IMG/VR virus record: IMGVR_UViG_3300037475_000240
Span: 1-64,000 of that record
Direction: 5' to 3' (one strand)
DNA: 64,000 bases
Source of the DNA: a virus
Shown here: piece after piece, positions 29,714 through 39,600 of the stretch
Position numbering within the stretch: position 1 is the first letter of the stretch
How the letters are laid out: every line of letters starts with the position of its first letter
Notes under the pieces: generated by a model
What the model was told of the DNA's origin: nothing
What the model saw: only the letters and a program-made list of their open reading frames with translations
Database searches by the model: none
Made by a program: the position numbers and the translations under genes

Positions 29714-31242
29714 TATTTAACTTTCAATACTTGATTTACTTTATTACTTAAAGATCTAATATATTCCATATTTCTTTGAGCCACAGAATTATCACTTTCA
29801 TTTCTTCCAACTTGTGAAAGAAGTGTAGTTTTAGCTGTGTCGCTCAATCTATTTCCATAAGCACTATAGAACTCTAAAATTAAACGACGAGTTAATCCGA
29901 CAATTTGTGACAATTTATCGGTAGCTGCCAAATAATTTCTATAATCTTTAAGACTATCAGCAAATTCATGAGGACCTACATTTGTAGAAAAGATAGCATC
30001 ACCATTACGTGTAAGATTCTTTAAATCCAAAATTCTTTTTGATAAATCTTGAATATAATTTTCCATTCTCATTCCTCTTTCACCGCTAGCTAAGACTTGT
30101 ACTTGTTCAATAAAATCAGAAATTTTATCGGTATTAATTTCTTGAATAGCTAAAGGTAAGGAATTAACAATTTTATAAACTTGTTGAACTACAGCGGCAT
30201 CAGCTGAACCAGAATCTGGTTTGTCACCACTTTTGCCGGTATTAAATCCAACAGGAATAATATCACTAGCAGATGGAGAAGTATAAGATGCAGCCACCAT
30301 ACAAGATTGTCCATTTGGACCAGTGAATGTTTGTCCAATTTCTTTTATCTTATTAATATAAAAATTATATTTCTTAGTATCTTCTGGAGAAGTAGCACGC
30401 GATTGTAATAAATTTTGAGCACGTTTAAATAATGTATTAACAATAACACATCTATCAGCATGTTCATCAGAATATTTTACTGAAGACTTCTTACCGTCTT
30501 TATCATAAATAATAACTTGTGCTTCTGGAGCTGCTAACATCCAAGCATTTAATGATTCTCTGCTCTTTAAATCTTTAGCAAATAATTGAGCACCACCACT
30601 ATCAGTAGACATTGATTTAGAGTCAAATACTTTATTTCCAAATCCATCAATTACTGTATTGTCTGGTAATTCATTAACAACTTGACCTGGAATAGATTTT
30701 GGTTTTCTAGATAATCCAGAATCTGGTTTAACTGAATTGACTTGATCAATTAATTTTCCAACCATAACACCTAATACTTTATTGTCTTCATCTTTTGCTT
30801 TATTTTGCAAATATCCGACATATTTAATTAGGGCAGGTAAATTAGTATAATAATCAGCTGTATTCCATTTTCTAGACTCAGCATCTCTAGATACATTTAT
30901 AGTAACTGGAGATAATTTATTTTGTTCAGCTTCTTGAAGGTTTTCACTTTCAGCTTGATCATAAACAACTCTTTCACCATTTATTTTGATTTGATTGGTG
31001 TCTAAAAATTGAAGTAAATTACCAATATTTTGTAAATTAGCCATACCTAAACCAACTGGTGTTGGAGAATCCGCTGTAACATTTGGGGCTTCCTCACCTC
31101 CACTAACTTCTCTTGATAATCTAGCAACTAATTTTTTAGCTACTTCTGTTGGATTACCAATGGGCGCTGGTGCTTGTTGAGCTTTTTTATTTAAAGCACT
31201 TGCTAATGTTTTTAAAATATCTTGTTCATATAAGAAAGTCAT
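29713..31242 (-). CDS. Putative internal virion protein
   Basis: 509-aa ORF, TAATG-coupled on both sides, head-gene context. Confidence 0.5.
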   Translation of the reverse strand: MTFLYEQDILKTLASALNKKAQQAPAPIGNPTEVAKKLVARLSREVSGGEEAPNVTADSPTPVGLGMANLQNIGNLLQFLDTNQIKINGERVVYDQAESENLQEAEQNKLSPVTINVSRDAESRKWNTADYYTNLPALIKYVGYLQNKAKDEDNKVLGVMVGKLIDQVNSVKPDSGLSRKPKSIPGQVVNELPDNTVIDGFGNKVFDSKSMSTDSGGAQLFAKDLKSRESLNAWMLAAPEAQVIIYDKDGKKSSVKYSDEHADRCVIVNTLFKRAQNLLQSRATSPEDTKKYNFYINKIKEIGQTFTGPNGQSCMVAASYTSPSASDIIPVGFNTGKSGDKPDSGSADAAVVQQVYKIVNSLPLAIQEINTDKISDFIEQVQVLASGERGMRMENYIQDLSKRILDLKNLTRNGDAIFSTNVGPHEFADSLKDYRNYLAATDKLSQIVGLTRRLILEFYSAYGNRLSDTAKTTLLSQVGRNESDNSVAQRNMEYIRSLSNKVNQVLKVK

Positions 31243-32339
31243 TAAAGTGCCTCAATTTTTGGTTTAATAACAGTATTGAAAATATGCCAAGCGCCTGCTT
31301 CATTAGGAATACCAGCATAATTTAACATCCACTTTAAAAATTCTTCTTTACTGCTTAAAGCTTTAAGAGGAACATAATGTAATTGTTTATCAGGTAAACG
31401 AGGAGCAGGGTAAACAATATTATCAACTTTAGTAATATCTGAATTAGCCATTTGTTGTTCAGTTGGATTTAAAGTTTCTTTATTTGATCCATGTTGATCA
31501 TATTTATCAAATGATCTTTTACCTTCAATAAATGGTCTAAATTCGGGACGAGCAATAACTTGTTGTCTAAATTCATTATACATTCTAGTTATTGCTTTAA
31601 GGTGCTTAGTAATTTTAGCAGCTTTTGTAGTTTTTTCTTCTGCAGATAAATCTACTACATTTCCTTCAACACGATATCCTGATAAAGTGTTTTTAAAATC
31701 AGTCCAGTTTGAAGAATTATAAATATGATTATCTAAACCAAAGTCTCCTTCAATTTGAAGAAGAGCATAAGCAAAGCCTAGCATATTTTTTAATGCATTA
31801 TTAGTTCTCCAGTCCCAATTACCATCAGCTTTAAATTCGCTTTTTTCTGAACCAATTCTGCTAAGAGTATTCATAACAACATCAAGCTCATAAATATCAG
31901 TTTGTGTTTTATGTTTATCAGGATGAGTTACGACTTTAGAATCTTTATTCCACTCAACACCTTTATTACTTTCATCTAAACCACCCATATATTGTTCAGC
32001 AATAAAATCATTGAAAGATTTTTTAGATTGTTGTACTGGCTGAGCTGCCTCTTGATGTACTACATCTTTGTTTTTTAATGACATAGTGGCAGAATTGGCA
32101 TCATGCATAACAGATTCAGCAAGATCTTGCATAGCAAGTTGCATCTCTCTAACAGCAGGATTAGATGGTCCTTTTACTGGACCCCTAACAGATGGCTTTG
32201 CATCAGTTGGTGTATTTTTATGAAAGAATGAGTTTTGTGGTGGAACTATTCCAGCAGCTGGTGCAGTTGGAGCTTTAGATCCAGGTACTGCCGCCAATTT
32301 CTCAATTTCTTCTTTCAAATTCTTTAAGTTATTTGTCAT
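31242..32339 (-). CDS. Putative internal virion protein with a peptidoglycan-binding-like motif
   Basis: VREMQLAM ... ADGNWDWRTNNAL resembles the PG_binding_1 consensus. Confidence 0.45.
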   Translation of the reverse strand: MTNNLKNLKEEIEKLAAVPGSKAPTAPAAGIVPPQNSFFHKNTPTDAKPSVRGPVKGPSNPAVREMQLAMQDLAESVMHDANSATMSLKNKDVVHQEAAQPVQQSKKSFNDFIAEQYMGGLDESNKGVEWNKDSKVVTHPDKHKTQTDIYELDVVMNTLSRIGSEKSEFKADGNWDWRTNNALKNMLGFAYALLQIEGDFGLDNHIYNSSNWTDFKNTLSGYRVEGNVVDLSAEEKTTKAAKITKHLKAITRMYNEFRQQVIARPEFRPFIEGKRSFDKYDQHGSNKETLNPTEQQMANSDITKVDNIVYPAPRLPDKQLHYVPLKALSSKEEFLKWMLNYAGIPNEAGAWHIFNTVIKPKIEAL

Positions 32340-32340
32340 A

Positions 32341-33462
32341 TTAACCTAACCAAGCTTTAAAACCAGCAAATGAGTCATCACTACCATCAGGATCTTTTGC
32401 GGTCTCAACTCCCTTTAATCTTGTAATGAAAACTTCAGCATTGCTTAGCTTTTGTTCATCATTTTCCATTCTATCAAAATTATCTTTAACAAATTTAATT
32501 TCATTTGCTTTTTTATCAATCCACTTTAAGCCTTCAGCTTTATCTGCTTGCGATTTTGCTAAAATTGGAACTCTGGCGCGCCATGCTGACAAGATGTCAT
32601 TTAGTCTTTTATATTCAATGTTAAATTGATCTATTAAACTAGTAGAAGCGGCTGGAGCAGGAGCCTTTAAAGCTTTTAATGCACTAGAAGTAAATCTCTT
32701 TAAATTATTAAAATGAGGAAGCATACCTTCCCAAGTTACTTCATCAACACCACCAAGTAATGTTCCTAACATACCTGATTTTAAATCACTCATTGATTTA
32801 TCTGCAAGAGTTAAAACGTATTTTAAATTATCTTCGCTTGGATCATTTTGAGCTTCAGTTACTGCAGGTAATAATTTTTGCGTAGCCTGAGATCTCGGTC
32901 TTTCGATCCAACTAATATCATTAAACTTAGCACTAATATTAGTTGCAGCTTTTAACATTTCTTGTAAAGAAGTTTTTAAATCTACTTGTTGTGCAACTAC
33001 ATTTTTAACTGCTTTTAAAATATCTAAACTTGTTGCAAGTTTACCTGTTGGTTTTTTATTTACAACATTAACCATTTTTAAATGTTGATCTAAAATTGTT
33101 TCAACAACAGCATCGCCTTCAATATCAGAAATCTTATGTGAACCATCTGGATGAGCCATATCAATGACATCTTCTCCAGTTTCACCATGAGCATCATAAA
33201 GATGTGCTGCTCGTTTATAATCAACAAATTTACCTTCTAATTCATTGGCTGCCTTTTCAAGACCCAATGTTCTTAGACCGGCACAAAGAGTAAGAACATT
33301 TTCCATTAAATTACCAGAAATAGTGTAATTTTGGTTTTTATTAATTGTTGAAGCTGTTTTAACCATTGAAGGCTCTTCTTTAATTAGACCCTTTTCATAC
33401 GCTACCTTTATAAGTGAACGTCCTATAGAAGAATCTTCAAGTTTAACATGTTTATAAGTCAT
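32341..33462 (-). CDS. Putative internal virion protein; paralog of 27293..28525
   Basis: KVAYEKGLI, LYD...ET, AHP, VVNKKPTG; GAGG SD. Confidence 0.55.
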   Translation of the reverse strand: MTYKHVKLEDSSIGRSLIKVAYEKGLIKEEPSMVKTASTINKNQNYTISGNLMENVLTLCAGLRTLGLEKAANELEGKFVDYKRAAHLYDAHGETGEDVIDMAHPDGSHKISDIEGDAVVETILDQHLKMVNVVNKKPTGKLATSLDILKAVKNVVAQQVDLKTSLQEMLKAATNISAKFNDISWIERPRSQATQKLLPAVTEAQNDPSEDNLKYVLTLADKSMSDLKSGMLGTLLGGVDEVTWEGMLPHFNNLKRFTSSALKALKAPAPAASTSLIDQFNIEYKRLNDILSAWRARVPILAKSQADKAEGLKWIDKKANEIKFVKDNFDRMENDEQKLSNAEVFITRLKGVETAKDPDGSDDSFAGFKAWLG

Positions 33463-33542
33463 TTTGCCTCAAAATTATATTACCCATAATAATGCGATAT
33501 TATAGAAAGCTTACTATAAATAAAAAAATATGCCGTAAAGCA

Positions 33543-34453
33543 TTATTTATTAATATTCTCATTTCTAATACGCTTAATAACCTTTTCAGTATATCCAAAT
33601 TCTCTTGATAAACTTTTAATTGAACGAGATGTATCAAGAATAATTTTGATTTGGTCTTCAGAAAATTGTATTTTATTAGCTGGTGTTCTCCCCCTTAATT
33701 TAACTAAAACTTCTTCTGATGTTGATTTTCCTTTATTATGCGATGTTCTTGGCAATAATTCTAAACTATTAGTTCTAATTAATCGTAAACTATGTTTATT
33801 ACAATATCTAATTCCTTCTATGATATGATATGAATTACCTGTTCCTACAACATCACAACCAGGAGCAAAACATCTAATATCTTCTTTTAACATTCTTTCA
33901 GAATTACGAATTTCCCAAGCTTTTTTAATCCCCGTTGACATTTTTTGTCTTTGTTCCTCTGATATTATATTCCCTATATGAGCTTCAGACATATTATTTC
34001 TAATCTCATCAGTGTAATTTATAGGATTCTTTAGACGGGTTTCTCGCATTTGAGCGCGCTGTTCATCAGAACGCTTTTTACCAAGAGAAGGATGACCTTG
34101 TTCGGCAATTTGTTTAAACGTAGCTTTACTCATTTTCTCTCTAGTTTCTTCGGAAGGAGAAGAAACATTGCCGCCAGGCTGAATATTATATCCAAATTCT
34201 TTATTTCTACTATTATATTGGATAATTAAAATTTCTTCCGTATAATCAACATCTTCTTGTGTAATACAAGTAGCAATCACTTCATAAGTAAAATTATCTA
34301 CACCATATTTATTTATAGCTCGACTAATATATTGAGGGGATTTTCTGCTTTGGCTTTTGATTTATGTGCTCCCCAACGAGATTTATAATTTACTGTTTGA
34401 CCAATATAAATTTTGTTATTTAATATATTTGTAATTCTGTATAAGTAATACAT
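33543..34453 (-). pseudogene. GIY-YIG homing endonuclease split by a frameshift (real lesion or sequence error)
   Basis: ATG at 34453 gives MYYLYRITNILNNKIYIGQT..RW.AH; homology continues in the -1 frame (PQYISRAINKYGVDNF) after the CCCC run at 34336-39. Confidence 0.8.
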
Positions 34454-34526
34454 ACTTACAATTATATCACAACTTAAATATTTTTATTAAGAAAACTTAA
34501 AACATCAATGATTTCAATGACTTCCC

Positions 34527-35216
34527 TTAATACCACATAACTTCTAAATTTACATTCATCGGAGTTGGAGGAGCAGTAACCATTCCTACAGCTGGATGAG
34601 ATGCGCTTGGTTTTCTAGTAGTTAAGAATCCAGTTTCACTAACAAATAAATTAGCTCTAACTGGATAAATTTGATTAGTTTCATATTGATCTGTTTGAAA
34701 AAACATTCTCTGAAACCATACGGTCATTCTTCCAGAACCAGAAACACTATCATCTCCAGGAATATTAGCTACATAATAAGTATAATTTACAATTGTTCTA
34801 ATTGCATTTGGAGTACCAGTTCCAGTTAAATCAAAATTTAATTGAGTACCAGCAACAAATGTAATAACTCCATTAACTGGATTAAGTTCAACACTAACTG
34901 TTGAAACAAAAGTATTGCTAAGAATATTCGGTTTTTTTAATTCCGCTTTAACATCAATTGGAGTTACTAATGTATTATTAGGTCCAGCCACACCCACAGC
35001 TGGTACAATAATTACTTCATTCCAAGAAATATTGGTAAAAGCTTTTGTTCTAATTTCATCAATAACACCAATAGGAGCAGTGCCATTACTGACAGTACCC
35101 ATTACTTGATTTCCAATAACAGTTAATTCGCAAATTTGACCTGGCTGAAATTCGGCGCTAGGATCACAAATAAAAGAAATTGGTAAACTATTACCGGGCT
35201 GAATTAAACGTAGCAT
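34527..35216 (-). CDS. Putative capsid decoration-like protein, paralog of 26484..27173
   Basis: SGSGRMTVW motif, similar N-terminus, both 229 aa; GAGG SD. Confidence 0.55.
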   Translation of the reverse strand: MLRLIQPGNSLPISFICDPSAEFQPGQICELTVIGNQVMGTVSNGTAPIGVIDEIRTKAFTNISWNEVIIVPAVGVAGPNNTLVTPIDVKAELKKPNILSNTFVSTVSVELNPVNGVITFVAGTQLNFDLTGTGTPNAIRTIVNYTYYVANIPGDDSVSGSGRMTVWFQRMFFQTDQYETNQIYPVRANLFVSETGFLTTRKPSASHPAVGMVTAPPTPMNVNLEVMWY

Positions 35217-35315
35217 TAAACCTCACGATTATACGAATTAAACCACAAAAAATATACTCTCTTAGTAATATATCTACTAAGTAAGCAAAATTCCAAGGCT
35301 TTATTAATATATAAT

Positions 35316-35732
35316 TTATACTTCGTCTTCAAAGTCCATATCAGAAAGAATTTCATCTTCTAATACTTCTAAGTCAGCATCATTAATATCTAAATTTAAT
35401 AAGTCATCAACTTGACCATCATCTGCCATATTAAATTCTGTTCCATGATCTAAAAGATTCTTTACCATTTTGTCTGGAGTTAATCCTTTAGTATGTCTAT
35501 CAAAAACTTTTGTAGGATTCTTTGGTTTTTTATGTTTAGCTATACTAGTTAATACATTAAGTACTTCATCAGCGTTCTTTATTAAACCCATATCTTCAAA
35601 AATTTCGGCTGCAGAATTTAAATATTCAACAGCCGTTTCTAGTTTGCTAGAAGCAGATTTAACCAGTGGTGAACTCAAAGATTGGTTCATGTTGATTAAA
35701 ATTTCCTCTTCAAACATCTTTTTATTAATCAT
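35316..35732 (-). CDS. Head-region protein, paralog of 35732..35953
   Basis: AVEYLNSAAEIFEDMG vs AADYLNSAASIFENAG. Confidence 0.7.
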   Translation of the reverse strand: MINKKMFEEEILINMNQSLSSPLVKSASSKLETAVEYLNSAAEIFEDMGLIKNADEVLNVLTSIAKHKKPKNPTKVFDRHTKGLTPDKMVKNLLDHGTEFNMADDGQVDDLLNLDINDADLEVLEDEILSDMDFEDEV

Positions 35733-35953
35733 TATTTGGAACTTAATTGATCTGCTAAGTCTTTTAAAACTTGAGTTATTTGGTCAGAAATTTCAGGCAT
35801 ACCTGCATTTTCAAAGATTGAAGCAGCAGAATTTAAGTAATCAGCAGCTTTGGCGAGTTTATTAAAGCCGTGAATTTTTTCAATTGAATTAGTTTTTAAT
35901 TCTTTTTCCATATCACTAACAATATCATTTTCAAAACTGCTGATTTTAAACAT
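35732..35953 (-). CDS. Small head-region protein
   Basis: TAATG coupling, AGG SD, paralogy with neighbour. Confidence 0.7.
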   Translation of the reverse strand: MFKISSFENDIVSDMEKELKTNSIEKIHGFNKLAKAADYLNSAASIFENAGMPEISDQITQVLKDLADQLSSK

Positions 35954-35975
35954 ATTACCTACTTATTTAAGAGAA

Positions 35976-36671
35976 TTATTTTTTAGCTTTGTCTTTAGCT
36001 GCTTTATCTTTAGCAGCCTTTTCTTTAGCGGCTTTTTCTTTCTCTTTTTCCTTCTCTTTTTCCTTAGCAAGCTTCTCTTTTTCTTTAGCAGCTTTTTCTT
36101 TCTCTTTATCTTTAGCTGCCTTATCTTTAGCAGATTGAGAATCCTTAGCAGCTTTCTCTTTTGCTTTTTCTTTAGCGGCTTTTTCTTTTTCCTTGGCAGC
36201 CTTCTCTTTATCTTTATCCTTATCTTTCTTCTTAGCTTCAACAACTAAAGAAGCAATCTTAAGGCTTAAAGCGGCAGTTTTTTCCATACCAAGATTATCT
36301 AAGGCGGCAGATGCAGTTAACAAGCTGTCAATAGCAACATCAAAGCCTGCAGAAGCATCTAAGTCATCAGCACTTGAAGAATCACTGTCACTTGAAGAAT
36401 CATCTTTTTCAAAATTATATTTCTTCTTTTTAGCATCATTATCATCAGCACTTGAAGAATCGCTGGAAGAAGATTCTTCCTCTTCTTTTTCTTTCTTCTT
36501 GCGTGCATCGTTATCATCTGCTAATGAACAATCCTCTTCTTTATGATCGGAAGCAAGCAACTCATCTGAAGCAGTCTTGTAATGAGTTCCGAATAGTGTA
36601 TTATGAGCTTCACTCTTTAATACTGCATCCATTGTTGCGGCAACAAAATCTGATACGCTGTTATTTTTCAT
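35976..36671 (-). CDS. Low-complexity head-region protein with acidic Ser/Asp tracts and a K/E/A-repeat tail
   Basis: GAGG SD; DDNDA repeats; KAAKEKE repeats. Confidence 0.7.
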   Translation of the reverse strand: MKNNSVSDFVAATMDAVLKSEAHNTLFGTHYKTASDELLASDHKEEDCSLADDNDARKKKEKEEEESSSSDSSSADDNDAKKKKYNFEKDDSSSDSDSSSADDLDASAGFDVAIDSLLTASAALDNLGMEKTAALSLKIASLVVEAKKKDKDKDKEKAAKEKEKAAKEKAKEKAAKDSQSAKDKAAKDKEKEKAAKEKEKLAKEKEKEKEKEKAAKEKAAKDKAAKDKAKK

Positions 36672-36684
36672 ATGTCCTCGTTAA

Positions 36685-39600
36685 TTAAAAGTTTCTTTTG
36701 TTAGAGGTGGAAAGTGCAGAAGATAATTGACTAAACAAGTCACCTTCATCAGCTGCAGTATTTACTTCACCAGAACCAATCATACCAACTTGAGGCATAC
36801 GACCGGCAGTTTTGACATTGTGTTTAGCTACTACTCTCTTAAGTGAATCAAAAGAGTTATCATTAAAGTTCATTATTTCTTCGACTTGAGCATCAACAGA
36901 AGCTCTGTCATCTAAACATAAACCACGAGCAACCATGTCATAAGCTAATCCATAAGCTCTACCTAATTTGACTTTATAGGTATTAAGCTCTTGTTCTAAG
37001 GCAGCTTTAGTGTGCTCTTTAACAAGTTCACTTGCAAACTCAGAACCACCATCAACTTGACTGTAGAATTTCTTGTAATAAGAAACTGCATCTTTATCCA
37101 AACCTTCAGCAACAAGTGCATCTAAGTCTGTTACATCCAATTTGCCTTCAGAAACTAATTTGTGAATAGCTTCAGCTTCTTTACGAACCTTTGGAGGAGC
37201 ATTAGCTAAGTCCATCATAGCATCATGAATCTCTTCAAGATCTTCAACTTTAGCTAAATCACCAGTTGGCTTGACATCAAGTTGTGTGGTGAAACCGCCC
37301 TTTGGATGAGCATCATGTAGAAGTGGGCTCACTTTAAGAGTATCAGCAGCTAATTTGGCACGAAGAACAGCGCGTCCCTCTTTACTGTCAAAATCAGCGG
37401 AAGCTACTACGTGAACTTCAGTCCCTGGCTTAACTTCAAGGTTCTTAAGTTCTTCTGGTTTTGCATCTAAATCATTATCATCTGATAATTCTTCTAATTC
37501 ATCAAGAGCAGACTCATCTTCAAGTGCTCCATCAACATCGCAGTCCTCATCAAGCATATCTTTTGCTGCATCTAAGTCAGCATTAGTGTCTTGGATAAGA
37601 CTCATTAAATCGTCACTTGAGTGACTATCATGTTCATCGTTCATAGAATCTCCCTCGGCTAATGCCTCAAGTTCAGCCTCAAATTGTGCACGCTTGACAA
37701 TAGCTTTAGTTCCACGAGCATATTTGACAAATGCACTTAGTAAATTAAATCCTTCTCCAACAGCAGTCTTGGCTTCCTTAATAACATCATCAGATACTGC
37801 TGCAACTAAATCAGCATTAGAAGCAGAAACTGCATCTTTATCATATAATCCTGTAATAAGATTAAGCTCTTCTTGATGTTGATCTAATTCAGCAATTACT
37901 TCTTTCATTGCAGTTGTTAATGCAGAATTAAGTTCTTTTCTAATTGTAGTTAATGATCCTGAAGCTGCTGTAGCCATTCCATTATCTACATCACCCATCT
38001 CAGCTTGTTCGCCAGTTAAGGCTCTAACTGCCTCAACTAAATCAGAACTTAAATCTCTTACTTTTTCAGAAAGTTCAGTTACGTTAGCTTTTGGATCGCC
38101 TTCTGCACCTGTATCTTCAGCTGGAGCTGCCCCCATATCTGGTGACGCTGGAGCTGGTTCTGCTGCTGGTTCAGCGGCAGGAGGTGGCATCTCTTGAGCA
38201 CTCTTAACTAAGCTACGTACTTTATCAGCACCTTGTACTTTAATTTTTTCAATTAACTTAGATCCGAATTCTTTGGTTGCAATACTGTCATACAACATTT
38301 CTGCACGTTGACCAGAAAGATCATTAACAGAAGCTGTTAACAAAAGTTTGTCACCCAAGAATACTTCCCACGCACTTTTACCAATATTTTGTGTACCATC
38401 AGCATTAGCGGCTTTAACAAATCTAGCTCTTAAAGATGCTCTTTGTAGTAATTCTTTACGTTTCTTTTCATCAGCAATATCAGCTGAATCTGGACTTGGA
38501 TGCAATCCATCAACAGATCCAACACCTGGGAATGGTTTTTGACCAACCATGTGTTTATCTTCGTGATCGCGAAGTTGATCATTCAATTTCTCAGCCGGAT
38601 ATTTTACTTTACCTGGAGTTGGCTCATTAACACCGCCACCACCTTGAAAATAAGCTTCTTTGCTCTTAAGAGCATCTTTAGCTAAACCAAGAATAGCTGT
38701 GCGACGCATAGCTCTCTCTTCGGAAGTTGCACGAGCTAACATTTTTTTGCGCTCTAACTCAGACATAGGAACGGAATCAACGCCTGGGTGCATTCCATCA
38801 ACAGGACCCATATCTTGAGCCTGCATATGTTTATCCTCATGATCACGAACTTTTTCGTTCATTGGATCTGCTGGATATTGTTTTTGGCCGGGTTTTGGCT
38901 CTTCGGTACCTTGGAAATAACCCTTTTTATTAAGTTCTGTTCCTGACATATTTTCCTCTTGTGTGTTTGAATTATTTGCTAACTTATCTAAACTTACCTT
39001 CATTTGACTCAACTTTTCTTCAATCACCTTAGTTACATCACGAAGTTCTTGAATAGATTCTGTTTCTAAGTTAGCAGAAGCGTATCTTTCGTGTGGTGGA
39101 GCCAATCCTGAATCTGTGTTTGGGTCTGCGGAATTTTCCATCGCAATAGAACCCGACGATTGATTAAATGCAAGATCATTAGTATCTTTTTCAGAAATAT
39201 TTGCAGAGGCTTGAATCTCTTGTAACTTCTGAAAAGCATCTTCCATATCAATCTTAAATTTATTTAAATCTGAAGCATCAATAGTAATTTCTGAAACCTT
39301 ATTATCTTTGCCAGCTCCATCACTAACTGTAATTTTGCCACAAAAATGCTGTTCTGAAATCTTTTTTAATTCATTAGATTTACTTTCTACATATGAATTA
39401 AGAGTATTTGCTGCTGCAATAATGTGCTTAATATTAGCTTTTGGATCTGCCCCATTTACAACAATAGATAATTCTATTGGATTTAAATCTACGTTAATTT
39501 CACCATAACCAGATTTTCTTCTCATATGGTCACAGAAATCTTGTTCTGTTTTAGCAACAACAGCACAATCACTACAAATTGCTTTGCCAACAGCTGTACC

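Noticed and set aside
35963-36244. 93-aa extremely Lys/Arg-rich ORF resembling a protamine
   Set aside because: Alternative frame of the KAAKEKE repeat in 35976..36671; no SD; explained by the repeat.
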